A stretch of DNA of 62,854 nucleotides, the filler included, from Hyphochytrium catenoides (Eukaryota; Protista; Hyphochytriomycota), in assembly GCA_900088475.1 (NCBI GenBank). It is 6 parts of 6 records of this genome, joined end to end, with 100 filler letters (N's around TTAATTAATTAA, not from the genome) between each part and the next. Parts side by side here need not be neighbours in the genome. Positions count along the whole stretch, not along the records: positions 1 to 7,464 come from FLMG01003527.1; positions 7,565 to 20,258 come from FLMG01004493.1; 4 more parts are not named here. One strand, written 5' to 3'. Positions 1-12,200 of the stretch are shown here, piece by piece (positions within the stretch are counted from its first letter, which is position 1; the number at the start of each line of letters is the position of its first letter). Made by a program: the position numbers and the translations under genes. Below the pieces are notes generated by a model. The model was not told the DNA's origin, ran no database searches, and was given only the letters and a program-made list of their open reading frames with translations.

Positions 1-6
1 GGTTTC

Positions 7-408
7 GCGTGCACAAAGCCTCACCAGCAACTTCAACGTCCAAGAGCCTGGTCTCACTTGCCACGTTGCAGTAAGACCAGCAGCCCGGCAAAACCGACCA
101 ATTACACGCTCTGTTAAGTTCCAACGTCGCCTAGTCGGCACAGCCCGTGCCTGGCTCCGCTGTAGCCCCGACTCTCTGAGCGTACCACGGTGAGGCTTGA
201 GTGACACGAAAACCCGACCGCTGGGTATCCGCGTGCCCAAACCCTCACCATCAACTTCAACGTCCAAGAGCCTAGCCTCAGCCGCCCCAATGCTGTAATG
301 CCAGCAGCCCGTCAGTATCCCGGCCAACCAGCCGCTAATGTTAAATTCCAATGCCGTCTAGTTGACACATCCCAGTCTGGCTCCGCTCTCGCCCCGAGTT
401 TGAGCGTA
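7..408. repeat. Diverged direct repeat, two copies about 224 bp apart
   Basis: Positions 7-~185 and 231-~408 align, e.g. cctcacca(g/t)caacttcaacgtccaagagcct and ccagcagccc...tgttaa.ttccaa.g.cg..tagt.g.caca..cc...ctggctccgct...gccccga. The array may extend beyond the window start. Confidence 0.8.
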
Positions 409-1317
409 ATATTACATTGAAGCAGGTAAACTAGAGATCTCTATAATCAGTACGTGGTACATTTCAAGTGTGAGAGATTCATTGAGGGCTAAGGATCTGC
501 GCCGCGTCAGATCCTTCTCTTGTGGACGAATCAGGTCGACCAAATGACCAGCCAAAGATGAGGCAGAGAAGGATCATTCCCCTCATCGATGCATCAAATG
601 GCTACCGTTAGAAAAATCTTGCAGTGGATGGCATGCAGCTTTCAAAAAGACGATCAGGGTTAGCTGGATAAGTTGGTTAGAAGTATGGACCAGAGCCTCA
701 TGAAACCTAAGGAGGAGTCATGAAAACCTTAAACCTGGTCATGGCATACAACGTAAAGGGCGATGAAGAACATAATGATGCAAGCCTTCACCTTCAGTGT
801 AAGGGCCTCAGGCTTCCTTTCAAGAGAAATATCTGTATCAATGTGGATAGAGTGGACGTCACTAGTAAGTGAGGAGAGCAAGGACGAGTTTTATTGTTAG
901 CCCTAGCAATCTGATTGAACCTTGACTCATATTGCTAAGGTGGCTCGCCCCGCTTGTCCTTAATCCTATAGCTCCGGTTTCCGGTACCTCTAGATTTGCT
1001 CCGTACAAAGTGAAGCTGAAGATGCGAAAGTCTGCTGACGATTGAGTCCGTCAGGCAAACCAAGAAGAGAAGGTGTTCCGCAGAAGCTAGCCATGCTGCC
1101 CGCCACTGTGCCTTGATGTTTGCGCTCTTCTCTTCACTAATGGGTCGTGGCCTTCCTCGTGGACCAGGTCCTATCGCCTTACATCCGTCAAGCATCGGCA
1201 GCGGTTCTTGCTGCCTGTTATTCTTTTGATAAAAAAAAGAGGGGCCTAGACAAACGTCTTCACCGATGCTAATGTACAACGCCTTTATTTGCCTCTTCAA
1301 TGGTGTCGACGCTATAG

Positions 1318-4300
1318 CTATTGGAATTCAGGTTTCAGAAACCACACGCCGCCCTTGATGCTTGCCAGCTCCCTCAGCATTTGGCGGAAGACAAGTTTGT
1401 CCTGTTGTCCAACTCTCTCGCCAAACTCTTCTATAACTTCAGCAGAGCTTAGTCCTCTTTCTCCGGCACCAATGAAGGCGCTGTGAAGAGCTTCTAGGAG
1501 TTCTATATGACGCTTCTCGGCAACTGCTCCACGATCCTGAGCATGCTCTTGGTCTTCGTTTGCCAGTAAGTTTAGACCGACCCTGCAAGGGACACAGAGC
1601 ACTTTAGCCATCTTGCTAACAGAAGCCATATACCAAAGGGTCAAACATTGAACAAGAACTCCGCTCCACTAAGAGAAGGCAATGTTTGGGGAAGACAGAG
1701 ACCTTTGGCTGGGTACCGTGCCCTGTTCTTGTCGCTGCCGTATCCGCTGCAGTAAGCTCCGGGAATCAAGAGGCTTTGTACTTCCTTCTCCGTCGTTTCC
1801 GCCAATCTCACTGGCGGACTTTCCCAGCCCGGCAGACACAGATGGAGGCCTAGAACCCGAAGCCGCAGTTGCCTGCAAAGGATGAGAATGGGCGTGGGGA
1901 TAGCAGTGAGGCAAAGGAGAGTGTAACCAGAGCTTTGACTTGGCCATCTTACCGCTGGGGAGGGCAATTTGGTTTGAAATGCGTTGCTTGTCCGACCAAA
2001 TCGTGGCTTGGGCTGCTGCTGCTGCCTAGGAGCTCCTGCTTCGCCATGACTTCCTTTGAAGACAGAGGTCAGAGTTTGCCCTTTGCACTTACTGAAGGTG
2101 TCCTTCTTGGGTTGTTCCTTTCGTCAAGGCTCTTCTTTGAACGTTTAAATGTGCCATCTTCTCTACCTACGCGCCACCTTCATACCTGTCCAAGTCGGCG
2201 CGAAAGTGGCAGTGCTCCTTCTGACGGCGAGAGTGGACCGCTTCAACGACTCTAAGGCCTTTTTCGCTATCGAGGAAGCCTCGTTCTCCATAATCTGACG
2301 CTCTCCTCCAAGGCCACCGCCCTGCAAGAGGACAGGATGTTGAGGGCCAGGAACAACTGAAGCCAATGGCCTCTCTGTAGCCGTCGCACTCATTGTGCCA
2401 CTTAATAAGCTCCTCCCCATCTCGTCTGACGCTCTGCGTCTCCTCTCTGGTAACGTTGCTTACCTTCTCAACTATGTTGTGCCTGAAAGCACCTTGCAAG
2501 TCTTTACCATTGATTAACGCTTCCAGAATGGCTTGATTATCCTTTTTCTCAGTCTCTTCAGGTTGCTCTTCGCTGCTCTCTTCCGAGCTTCTTTCGTTAG
2601 CCATTGTATATCGTTTTCTTCGCCGTTTGCCTTTGCTCTCTTTCTCTTCTCGTTCTCTCTTTTCTCTCTCTCTGTCCCGCGCAAAATCTATTCTACCAGC
2701 TGGGAAGAGGTCAGTGGTCTCGTTCAAAGACTCTTCCGTCTTATTCTTCTCCTCGTCTTCCGTATAGGTAAAAAGATCTCGAAGATCCCTCGTCTTAAAA
2801 AATCGGCGTTGTTTGGGATCCTTTGCATGAACACAATGTTAGCCAAGAATATCTGACAGATCTTTGAGACCAGAAAGAGACAGATAGATATGTACGCTGA
2901 ACAAAAGAGTGAGGCAAAGAGAGGGCAGTTCCACCTCGAACTTAGGATGGTGAAGCAACAGCGATCCATGCAGGGCAAACCTTGAGTATCTTGTTGGTAA
3001 GGAACTGCTTGTAAATCTGTCGATGGTAGATCTTCTCCTCTATGGTCCCACTTGTGATCAACCGGTATATCGTGACAGACCTTTGTTGTCCCAAACGCCA
3101 TGCCCGCTCTCGCGCTTGGCTGTCTGTTGAAGGATTCCAGTCCGGATCGTATAGTAGAACGCGGTTGGCGCCCGTGAGATTGACTCCAAGACCGCCCGCT
3201 CGAGTCGTAAGAAGGAAGAGAAAGATGGAAGGGTCGGAGTTGAATCTGAAGCGCAAGGTGAGCAGAAGGGAAGTGAGAAAAGCGGCCAACATCTGCACTA
3301 TATGATTCAACTTTCAATGAAATTGGGAATGTCTGGTGAGACTCAAAGAAAGCAATGGCGGCAATAGAGACATGCAAAGATGGCGGAAGTACGGATAGGT
3401 GCACCTGTCGATAAGTGGCTGCCGAGACTTGATGCTACTATTGCCATCAAGCCTGGCAAACTTCCACCCTCTCTCCTGTACGTACTGCTGAATAATATCT
3501 AACATCTGTCGGGTCTGTGTAAAGAAGAGAACACGATGACCCTGTTCCTTCCATAAAGGGAGGATCTGGGATTCAATTCATGGTCAAGATTGTCAATGGT
3601 TAGCACTGATGGTGGCCCCATGTCAAGAGCAAAGAATCATCTCCTTACTTGGTCGACCACCAACAATTTGCCCGCCTTTTGCCAGTATCCGTAGTCATCA
3701 GGCCTTGTGAGACTTGTGCCCTTATAGATTTTTCCATTCGGCAGCCGTTGCATGACCTGCGGTCGCGGACGGGAGGAGTCATTGAAGTGCATGAAGGACA
3801 CGGCTGAGTCCTTGGAGAAAGAGGTAGGCCCAAGCAGATGGTGGCTGTTGCCATCATTTGCCCTTATACCTTGCTCACTATTAGGGCTGATGGTTACTCT
3901 GGTTTCCTCATCTTGTTATCTTTCCAACCAACCTTGCTCTCTTGCTTCCCCATCCTTTACATCCTAAACATGACTTGCGTAACGCATTATATCACTTCTT
4001 TTGCCTGTATCTCTCACCTCATGCATCAGGTCGGGGTGGTTGCAGATCTTCCTCAAAATTGTAATGGCTCTGAAGGCGTGGACTTTCCTCTCGAGCACGT
4101 CTGTCACCTCCTTGGACGAGAGGAATGACTTGTACTCTGCCTTTTGCTCAGGAGTAAGACGACAAAATAGAACTTGCTCCGTCTTTGGAGGCAGCTTCGC
4201 TATGTGTTGAACATCAGCCTGAAGAAACATATGAAAAGAGGACGAATTAAAATTTATGACTCCGACGAGGTTTGTTGGAAGGCTGTGACTGCCTCGTTCA

Positions 4301-7002
4301 AAACGGGCCATGATCCGCTTCCGTTCGCTACTATCTATTGCAATCTTACCTTCATTCTTCTCAACAGATAAGGGCTAATAAGATCTCTTAGAATCAGGGC
4401 ACACTTATACGCCATTTGGACCTGCATGGGAGAGGCGTTCGCATACCCTCCCAGGCGGATGGGAAGGGCTAGCTCCGCCTCGAAGGTGGGCAACACCCCT
4501 AACCGACCAGGAAAGGCAAAGTCAAAGAGAGACCAAAGCTCTCGGAGGTTGTTCTGTATAGGTGAGCCCGTCAGGATCAACCGATTGACGGTCTGGAAGC
4601 GCTTGCATACCTAACAAGAGCAGGATATTTGGCAGAGAACACAGTGAGCAATGACCCGCTAGAGAATATTACATGGGAAAGACGGCCACCAGTGTGATGT
4701 CAGCGTCAGGGTTGCGTATCTTGTGGCCTTCATCCAGAATTACATAGTCCCATTTCACGTTCAGAAGTATTTCCTTGTTGATGCGCACCCCTAGTGTACA
4801 GCCATGACTCTGAGACGCTGAGCACTAGGATTGCCAAAGAAACCAGCCACAGGGATAGCCAAAAGCATGGAGCGGGAAAATGGAGGAATGTCACCAAGAG
4901 CACAACAACCGCAGAGGTCGCATCTAGAGACCCCTTTGATCTTGACTGATACTATGTCGTACCTTCATAGGTCGTGATAAGAATGCCGCCATCTCGACTG
5001 ACTTTATTCACCACCTCGGTTCTCGATAGGGAAGACCCTACAGAGCCAGAGGAATGTAGAAGTAGGACCCTGCGTAATGCAGCATATCGGGTCAATGAGG
5101 CTCCGCCTTATTTCTTCCGTCGCTGTGCTCAGCAGCACTGCTGTCTGACCCTTTTGTACGAAGGTTGCGGCCCAGGCACTACCGTGAAGTGAGATGAGTT
5201 CTATTGCTAACATCTTTCTGACCTGAATAGTGGGTACCAGCGGTGTAGCTCTCTCACCCAGTGCCCAAGCACAGATGCAGGAGCGGCTATCAGCGTCGTC
5301 TGCAGCCGATTACTGTGTGCCAGAGATGCAAGATATGCAGCCACCTGAACCGTCTTCCCTAACCCCATCTCATCGCCAACAATACCCCCAGCGCGCTGCA
5401 TGCAACAGCAACAATAGCGAGAGCTCGTCAATAAAGGGCTAATATACAGAGATAGGGAAAGAGGACGCCGAAGCACTCATCCCGGCCTATGTCGTCTGGA
5501 CTTGTTCTTACCTGGGAAAAGAGCTCCCAGAGCCACTTTATCCCAACTCGTTGATAGGCATAGAGCTTTCTATAGATAAAGTTAGGGATACGAAGGCCGC
5601 CGTCCAGGATAATTTCTTCTTGGTCAAAGTATTCATCCGGATCATGGTCTTCCAAAGCCGTCAATCCTCTCTCTTCTTGTTCCTCCTCCTCTTCTTCGTC
5701 CTCCACAACCTCCTCTTCCGCCATGTCTTGTTCCTCTCCCTCTTCTCTCTGCTGCTCTCGAAGCCGTCTTGCCCGAAGCCTGTCTATATATCGTCTCTCA
5801 AAGGTCCGGAATCTCTCTTGTCTCTCTCTATACGCATCGCTATCTCCATCATCAACGGTACTGTGGATGGGACGAGTGGGAGAGACGGAGGTGCTGCTCT
5901 CTTCCAGCTCTTCTTCTTCTACTCCTCTTTCCATTTCCTCGATCCCTCCTCGTGTTCTCTCCCTACTGGAAGTCTTCCTAAGTCTTTTGAGCTTCTTTTC
6001 CTTATTGCGAAGGTGCTTTAGCCGCTGAAGGTTGCGCTGCGACTGTCCTCCAAGCTGGGTCTGGACCTTCTCTCTCCTCTCTGTCCCCAAACCTTCTTCT
6101 TCTGAGGATGAAGACTCTGCAGACGAGGAGAAGGACGACGTCGAGCCGTCCTTTTCTTCCTCGCTGGAATCAGCCGACGTAAGCTCTTCTCGTTCGGCAG
6201 CACGCGTTTTCTGTTCCTCAAGGGCTGTAGAAAGCTGCGTTGACCGCGGGCGCGTCAGGCAGCGGTCGATGTGACGGTTGATGGTGATGTTTGAGGTGGA
6301 AGAGGGGAAAGCGTTCCCGCAGACAGGGCAACGTGACGCACCATTTTCGTCATTCTTGGGCTCATCGTTGGTCTTCTTCTCCTTCTTCTTCTTTTTCCTT
6401 CCTCTTCTCTCCTCTGCCTTTCTTTTCCTCTTCCTCTTCGTCGTCTTCCGTCTCTCTCTCTCCTCAACGATAGCTCCGTCCTCGTCCAACTGGCCCTCCG
6501 CGTTTTCCAAGTCTTTGCCTAGCTTATAGTACATCATACTCCGGCGCGGTTGTGGGGCAGCGGTCGTCTTGTCTAAGCCTTGAATGCGATCGAAGGGTGT
6601 GATCAAGCCCAATCGGATCTTCCTCTCTCTCTCTGTCTCCTCCAGAGATAAGCCTCCAATGGTAGTCTCTCCTTGTTTGTCCTCTTCTTCCCCCACCCGC
6701 TCTTCATCGTTCTCAGTGCTCTTGGCGGTTAGGAGAGCACTCTCAAGAAGAAGGAGGATGTTCTCTTTCAGCTTAAGCTTTTCTCTCTCTCTCTTCCATC
6801 TCCTCAAACCTTCCTCCCGGCTCTTTTGCCCTGGAGGTTCCCTCATTCTCTGTTCCTCTCGAGTAACACTAAGAGCATGACGGACGGCGGAGAGAGAGAA
6901 AGAGGGGAGAAGAGAGGCCACCACGGAGCCAAAGCCCAACTTGGCAGCCTCAGGAGAGCGCTTAGCCCCGCGCATTGCTTTCTGCGGAGACACAAAAGTC
7001 AC
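1318..7002 (-). CDS. ERCC6: ERCC6/CSB/Rad26-like SNF2-family helicase (transcription-coupled repair); multi-exon, 5' end uncertain or cut by the scaffold end
   Basis: Spliced exons give [47 protein letters not shown] (motif I), [12 protein letters not shown] (motif II), [63 protein letters not shown]...[29 protein letters not shown] and PTWTG..G.AGAP. The C-terminus is the CSB-type FRQMLRELA...WFLKPEF with the stop at 1318. GT-AG introns were checked, e.g. 5396-5511, 5070-5222 and 4791-4962. Confidence 0.95.
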
Positions 7003-7464
7003 GAAGCTTAGTGAGCGCTTGGGGAAGGAGGAGAAGAGTATTTATAAAGCGCTAGGTGGAGAGGGAGGAGAAGGTAGAGATTGTACTCGTGCTCACTGGT
7101 GCCGTGTGCCAAGGACAGGCACCAGCGATGATGGGATGTGGGCGTGTGAGGAAGAAGAGAGAATAGAGAGCGAGAGGAGAGAGAGAAAGGGAAAGATAAA
7201 AGCTACAAGTGGTGCCAGGGTCAAGAAGCAAGAGGAGATTCAAAGAGTGCGAGAGAGACAGCAGAACAGAGAGACGTCAAAAGACATGGGGGGAGACCAG
7301 CCAGAGAATGCGTCTGACGAGAGGAATGGAGCTAGAAGGGAGAACGTCAGCAGAAAGGCGAGACAAGGGCTCAGCCATTGAGTGAGGCAAAGCCAAGGAG
7401 TGAGCTTGGCTTCAGAAATGGGAAGATAGCAAAGTACAACGGCGACAGAGACAGAGTGAGAAGC

Positions 7465-7564
7465 NNNNNNNNNNNNNNNNNNNNNNNNNNNNNNNNNNNN
7501 NNNNNNNNTTAATTAATTAANNNNNNNNNNNNNNNNNNNNNNNNNNNNNNNNNNNNNNNNNNNN
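7465..7564. other. Artificial scaffold-joining spacer
   Basis: 44 N + TTAATTAATTAA (stops in all six frames) + 44 N; the same spacer occurs five times. Confidence 0.97.
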
Positions 7565-8626
7565 GACACGCTGACCCATCTGGTTCTCCATAAAGAGAAT
7601 AAGCTTCAGTAAATGTTTGAAAGTCGCAATGTTGACAACATAGTTACCACCATAATAATGGGGTATCTTACCAACAAACAACAAGATGTAGCCACCCTTC
7701 CAGCCTTTTCTTGCAGAACAAAGAGGCAGATGATGGGATCTCATCGAGGAGATGATGCGAATGAAGGGTTTCAAGGACAAGCTACGCATGAACGGAATAC
7801 TGATGAACCTACCAGACTCTCTGAAGGCTGCAGTAGACGACATTCACCTTCAACGAACCGGAAACCTGACCACTGATCCGTCGGAAGAGTATCTGCTGAA
7901 CGAAGTTCACCGCCACCAAGCTCAGGAAGCTAGAACAGCCAACAAAGCAGACGATTCGGCTGTGCCCTATGTCGTTGCAAACGCACTTGATCTAACCAAA
8001 CACGTCTCCAAACAAAGAACAACCGCAACTGATCGTCTGCTCTCACTGCAAGCGCCGGGGAAGACACAAACCAGAAGCATGTTGGGAACTAGCTAAGAAT
8101 GCGCATCTTCGCCCATCATCGTCTCTCAAGCACACCCGTAAAGAGAAGAGCGTACCCGCCGACGACTCAACCGCACTATTTGCAGCTTTTATCAATTCGT
8201 TCGATCCGAACGAAAAGACCAAACTCATAAAACTCTCTCGGAGGAGCTTCCACTTATTCAACAGCGCATAAACCCGATAGGGACAAATCAATCGTAGGGG
8301 AAGTGAATTCGGCATGTACTCCTTTCTCCGAGACCCTAGGAACGTCGTGGATCTTTGATAGCGGCGCATCCGATCACATAACTGGCGATAGACAACAATT
8401 GGATACATACGAACAAATTGATTCGGTCAACCCTACAGACAGCAGACAACAGAACCGTTCAAGCAGTAGGCAGAGAAGCCGTCCGGCTAAATCTTTATGA
8501 ATCATCATCATTCTCGAGAATTTCCGACACACACCTGGCTTTACGAAGCATATTCTCTCAACTGGACAAGAACTTAAAAGGGATATCATGTAATTTTTAC
8601 CACAAGACGGTGGCGTCTACTACCTA

Positions 8627-9213
8627 GGAGGCCGTCCGGGTAATAATCAACAAAAATACCCACTTTTCTTCCAATTGTCCCACTTTTGGGCGTGGGACAT
8701 TTACCCTTATGGCTAGGCATTCCCGCCGCGCAGCGGCGAAAATTTGAGCGGAAGTAGATTATCGGCCGCGAAGCGCCGGAAAGTTCTTGGGTATATTCGA
8801 TGGATAAAGGTAAAATAATGACTAAAAAAGAACAATTTCAAGCAAATTTTGGCACTGGGAGATACTTTTCCCGTCTTTCACACAGTGACTTTTCCCGTCT
8901 TTCATACAGGGACAACCGCCAATGGAAAAGACAGGCTTAGTTCGAAGCCCACTTTTGGGGGTCATTTGCACTACAAAAACAATAGAGTGAAACCTCAAAG
9001 TGGGCTTCGAACTAAGCCTGTCTTTGAACACCGCAAGGTGTCCCTGTGTAAATGTAGGGCGGGACGCTCATACAGAAAATCCCCATACAAAGTNNNNNNN
9101 NNNNNNNNNNNNNNNNNNNNNNNNNNNNNNNNNNNNNNNNNNNNNNNNNNNNNNNNNAAGCCTAACATTGACCCATTGGAAAAGAGCCCACTTTTCTTAT
9201 GCGGACGGCCTCC
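8627..9213. mobile_element. Non-autonomous DNA transposon (MITE-like) inserted in the copia fragment
   Basis: Ends CCTAGGAGGCCGTCCG (8623-8638) and CGGACGGCCTCCTAGG (9202-9217) are perfect 16-bp inverted repeats that include a palindromic target (TA, CTAG or CCTAGG). There is no coding capacity, and an N gap lies at 9094-9157. Confidence 0.75.
8927..9025. repeat. Perfect 29-bp inverted repeat with a 41-bp loop inside the MITE
   Basis: aaagacaggcttagttcgaagcccacttt (8927-8955) is the exact reverse complement of 8997-9025. Confidence 0.95.
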
Positions 9214-12200
9214 TAGGAGCTCAATATCACTCATCATTACTACTCGTAGGAAGAGGCGACCACTACTATATTCAGCAGAAGCAGCAGTGGTATCTTAATG
9301 CGACAGAGCGCCTTCTTCCTCCCTTTCAAACCTTCAAACGGCCTCCATCAAGAGGATTCCCTATCGAACGGTAAGTGCAGATAAGCCGGTAGCAGGCGAT
9401 CGATCGAATCTTCAACACAAATAATAAATCAGGGGACAGAGGTTTCTGAAGAGCTCTCACAGCTGGAGGTGTGATGTGTAATAATACTGGTTGTTTCCGG
9501 TCGGTCTCCCATCACCGTTATATCTCTTCCCTGCGTGATGGGACGGAGGTGGAACAGTAATAATGGTGAAGAACAAAGCACAGTGAATCTGCGAAAAGAC
9601 AGCCTTTTATATCTTATTTGCTGCTGCTGGTACCGGCGGACGGTGCTTCTTATCTTTTTTTGTGTTGGTAAAACAGTAGAACTACTGGTACGGTAGGGAT
9701 GTGCCTTTTTATTAGGGTGTCTTTTTCTTCAGTTATTAGAATAGTAGACATGTTACGGTTTTCTTTTTCATCATTTCGAGACGCAGCTTTATTGTCTCGA
9801 GGCATCGAGGCTCTATCACTTGGGCTTCTTTATAAGAGACTGAGAGGAGAAAGGAATAAAGTGGTGTCTTGGGTTCCAATTCGCCTCTTTAATTTGTTTT
9901 ATTACTAGTAGTGAACCTGAGCCTCTTTGGAAGAGTAAAACGGCTTCTCCTGTCCTCAGCGTTGGGTTGGAGAAGGAACTAAAGTGGGAATTTGCAGCTT
10001 GAAGGCTCAATATTATATTCTAATCAGAGTCGTATTGCTTCCCCTTATTTTATTAGATCTGGCTAGTTGCAGTACAAGTACCTGCTTTACGTTTTTTTTT
10101 TTGTTCTGGCTTAGCTGCACTACTGTTTTACCGCATCAGAGTCTATTCTTTGTAGAAACTCTAGAGAAGATTCTGCAGACCATGGACACGTGTTACTATC
10201 CTTGGATTCGTTATTATTGTTACGCTGGGTAGAACGTTGTCTTCCCTTGTCCGAGTAAGGCTCCGTTATTACTACTACCACCCGAGAGCCTTATTATTAC
10301 TATCGGTGTACTACTACCGCCCGTGAAACGGTTGTTGAAGGTGATCATAGTCGTCGTGGGACATAGCAGACGATAAAGACTCTCTCTCCAACTATTATTG
10401 TCTCCACCTCTCCTTATTGACTTGACAGCTCGAAGGTCTTGCCTGCATCGCTCTCCTTCGGCTGACCTTGCTTTCCTTTCGTACTCCGCCGAGGTCACGG
10501 CAGGCCCACAGCGGATTCCACGTGCTGCAACGACAACGACAGTAGTCCTGCTTCTTATTAATCGAGTCATTCAGCAGCTCCTGTCCCTAGCGGGTTTCGT
10601 ATGAATAGTGAAAAATAAATGAGTCATAATGAATGTTCTTCTGTGGTTCTTCGGCAACAGGTTCTTTCACAACAACTCCATTGAGTTGCTAGTTCTTCCT
10701 CCCCCACTGCCATCTGTTTCCCCGCCCAATGATGCTCCCTTTCCTCTTTAAAAGGACAAAGCAGCTTGAGGATAACATCAACGCGAAGTTCTCTTCCTCA
10801 AGAGTTTAATTGTTTTGTGAGGATGATTACAGAGTGTGATGAAGAGTGCTTTGCTACAAGCTTACTTTGGAGCCATGAAAGACAAGTGAGAGAGAGGCGA
10901 GTGAGGGAAGAGTATAAAAGAACAGCTAGCCACCACCTTTCTCAGTCAACAAGGAACATAGGTATTGACAGCAGGTTGACGAATGTAGCTCTAGGAAGTG
11001 AACAAGGAGAGCGTCAACAACAGATCCATGTCTATTACGGAGTATAATCAGCCCCTCTATGCATCACTCATATTATCGCTCATGTGCTCAGCGGCCGTTA
11101 TTTTCAGCTGGAAGCGCCAACCAGGTATCTAGTGGCGTTCGTCCCTAGATGATGAGGGGGCAGCACATCGTTATTTGACAAAGGATATCTGCTGTTTCTG
11201 TGTGAAGGTTATTAGACGCCTGTCGCAAGAGGCTCAATGTTTTAGTTGGAACTGCTAATGATGATGAGAAAGGGCGTTTCCTCTTGGTCTTCCTATAAAA
11301 AGAAAAATTGAGAATGTACTGCTTCCACCACAAAGCATTAGAAAATTGTAGTCCATGTATGATGCACTTTGTCTGTCTATCCTCAGCAGTCTCAACACGG
11401 ACCCTGTGCTTTGCTGCCTTCTTTGAAATAACAATGGGAGCCTGACCAAATTTTGCTGAAGACCTGTCCTTTGTAGTAGGTCTCCCCCTGCTACTATCCT
11501 CTGAGAGAAGAAGTCTCCTTCTCGTTGCCTTGCTCACCAAAGGAAGACTCTCCTATAAGGCTACTGCTACTATCGAGTGAAACTACTCACTGATGACTGT
11601 TGCCGAGTGGGCGAGTGCCTGTCGCATGGATGATAACTGCCGTGGAGAGCCAGCAAATAAGTAAGGATTCTCCTTATTTACTTCTTTATTATAGACGTAT
11701 CCTTAGGCAGTGACGCAGCAGAAGCCCACAGGAGAAGAAGCTGACAAGATGCTCGCTGCGACCACCACGGGCCTCACTATAATAAATAACAGCATTCGGG
11801 AGTTGGTCAATATAACTGCATAAAGTTGCCCAGTACCAGCCAGCGTCGTCCCGGCATCCCCACGATTCCCATGAGGTACCACCACCAACAGCCTTTCAAC
11901 TGGCAGGAGGAGAGGCAGGGGCCGTACCCAGATCCTGGTGATTTGTAACCCTCGTCTTCAGCAACAGAGACCAGCAGTTAAAGGTAGTGCCTGATGGTGA
12001 TCGGCTCTCATATCTTGTCAAAGGTTACGTATGAGAAGAAGAAGGAGCTAACAAGATACATAGATGCCGCTCTACTAACTCCTTTCCTAACCGCCCTGAA
12101 CCTTGTTTATACTTATTATTACCTTTCTCTATTCTTTCCCTCTTTATGGAATGATGATAAGGCATTGCCTTCGGTTCATGGAGGCCGTGGTTGGCAAGCT

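Larger units (their letters stand above)
7565..9300 (+). mobile_element. Degenerate Ty1/copia LTR-retrotransposon fragment (gag, zinc knuckle, protease)
   Basis: Gag-like ILMNLPDSLKAAVD. Zinc knuckle CSHCKRRGRHKPEACW at ~8038-8085. Copia protease motif WIFDSGASDHITGD at ~8348-8390, followed after a frameshift by LQTADNRTVQAVGR. Contains stops and frameshifts, and no integrase, RT or LTR was found. Confidence 0.8.

Noticed and set aside
709-872. AAGGAGGAG followed by ATG, resembling a Shine-Dalgarno site and short ORF
   Set aside because: The context is eukaryotic, the ORF is ~50 codons with no recognisable motif, and chance occurrence is likely.
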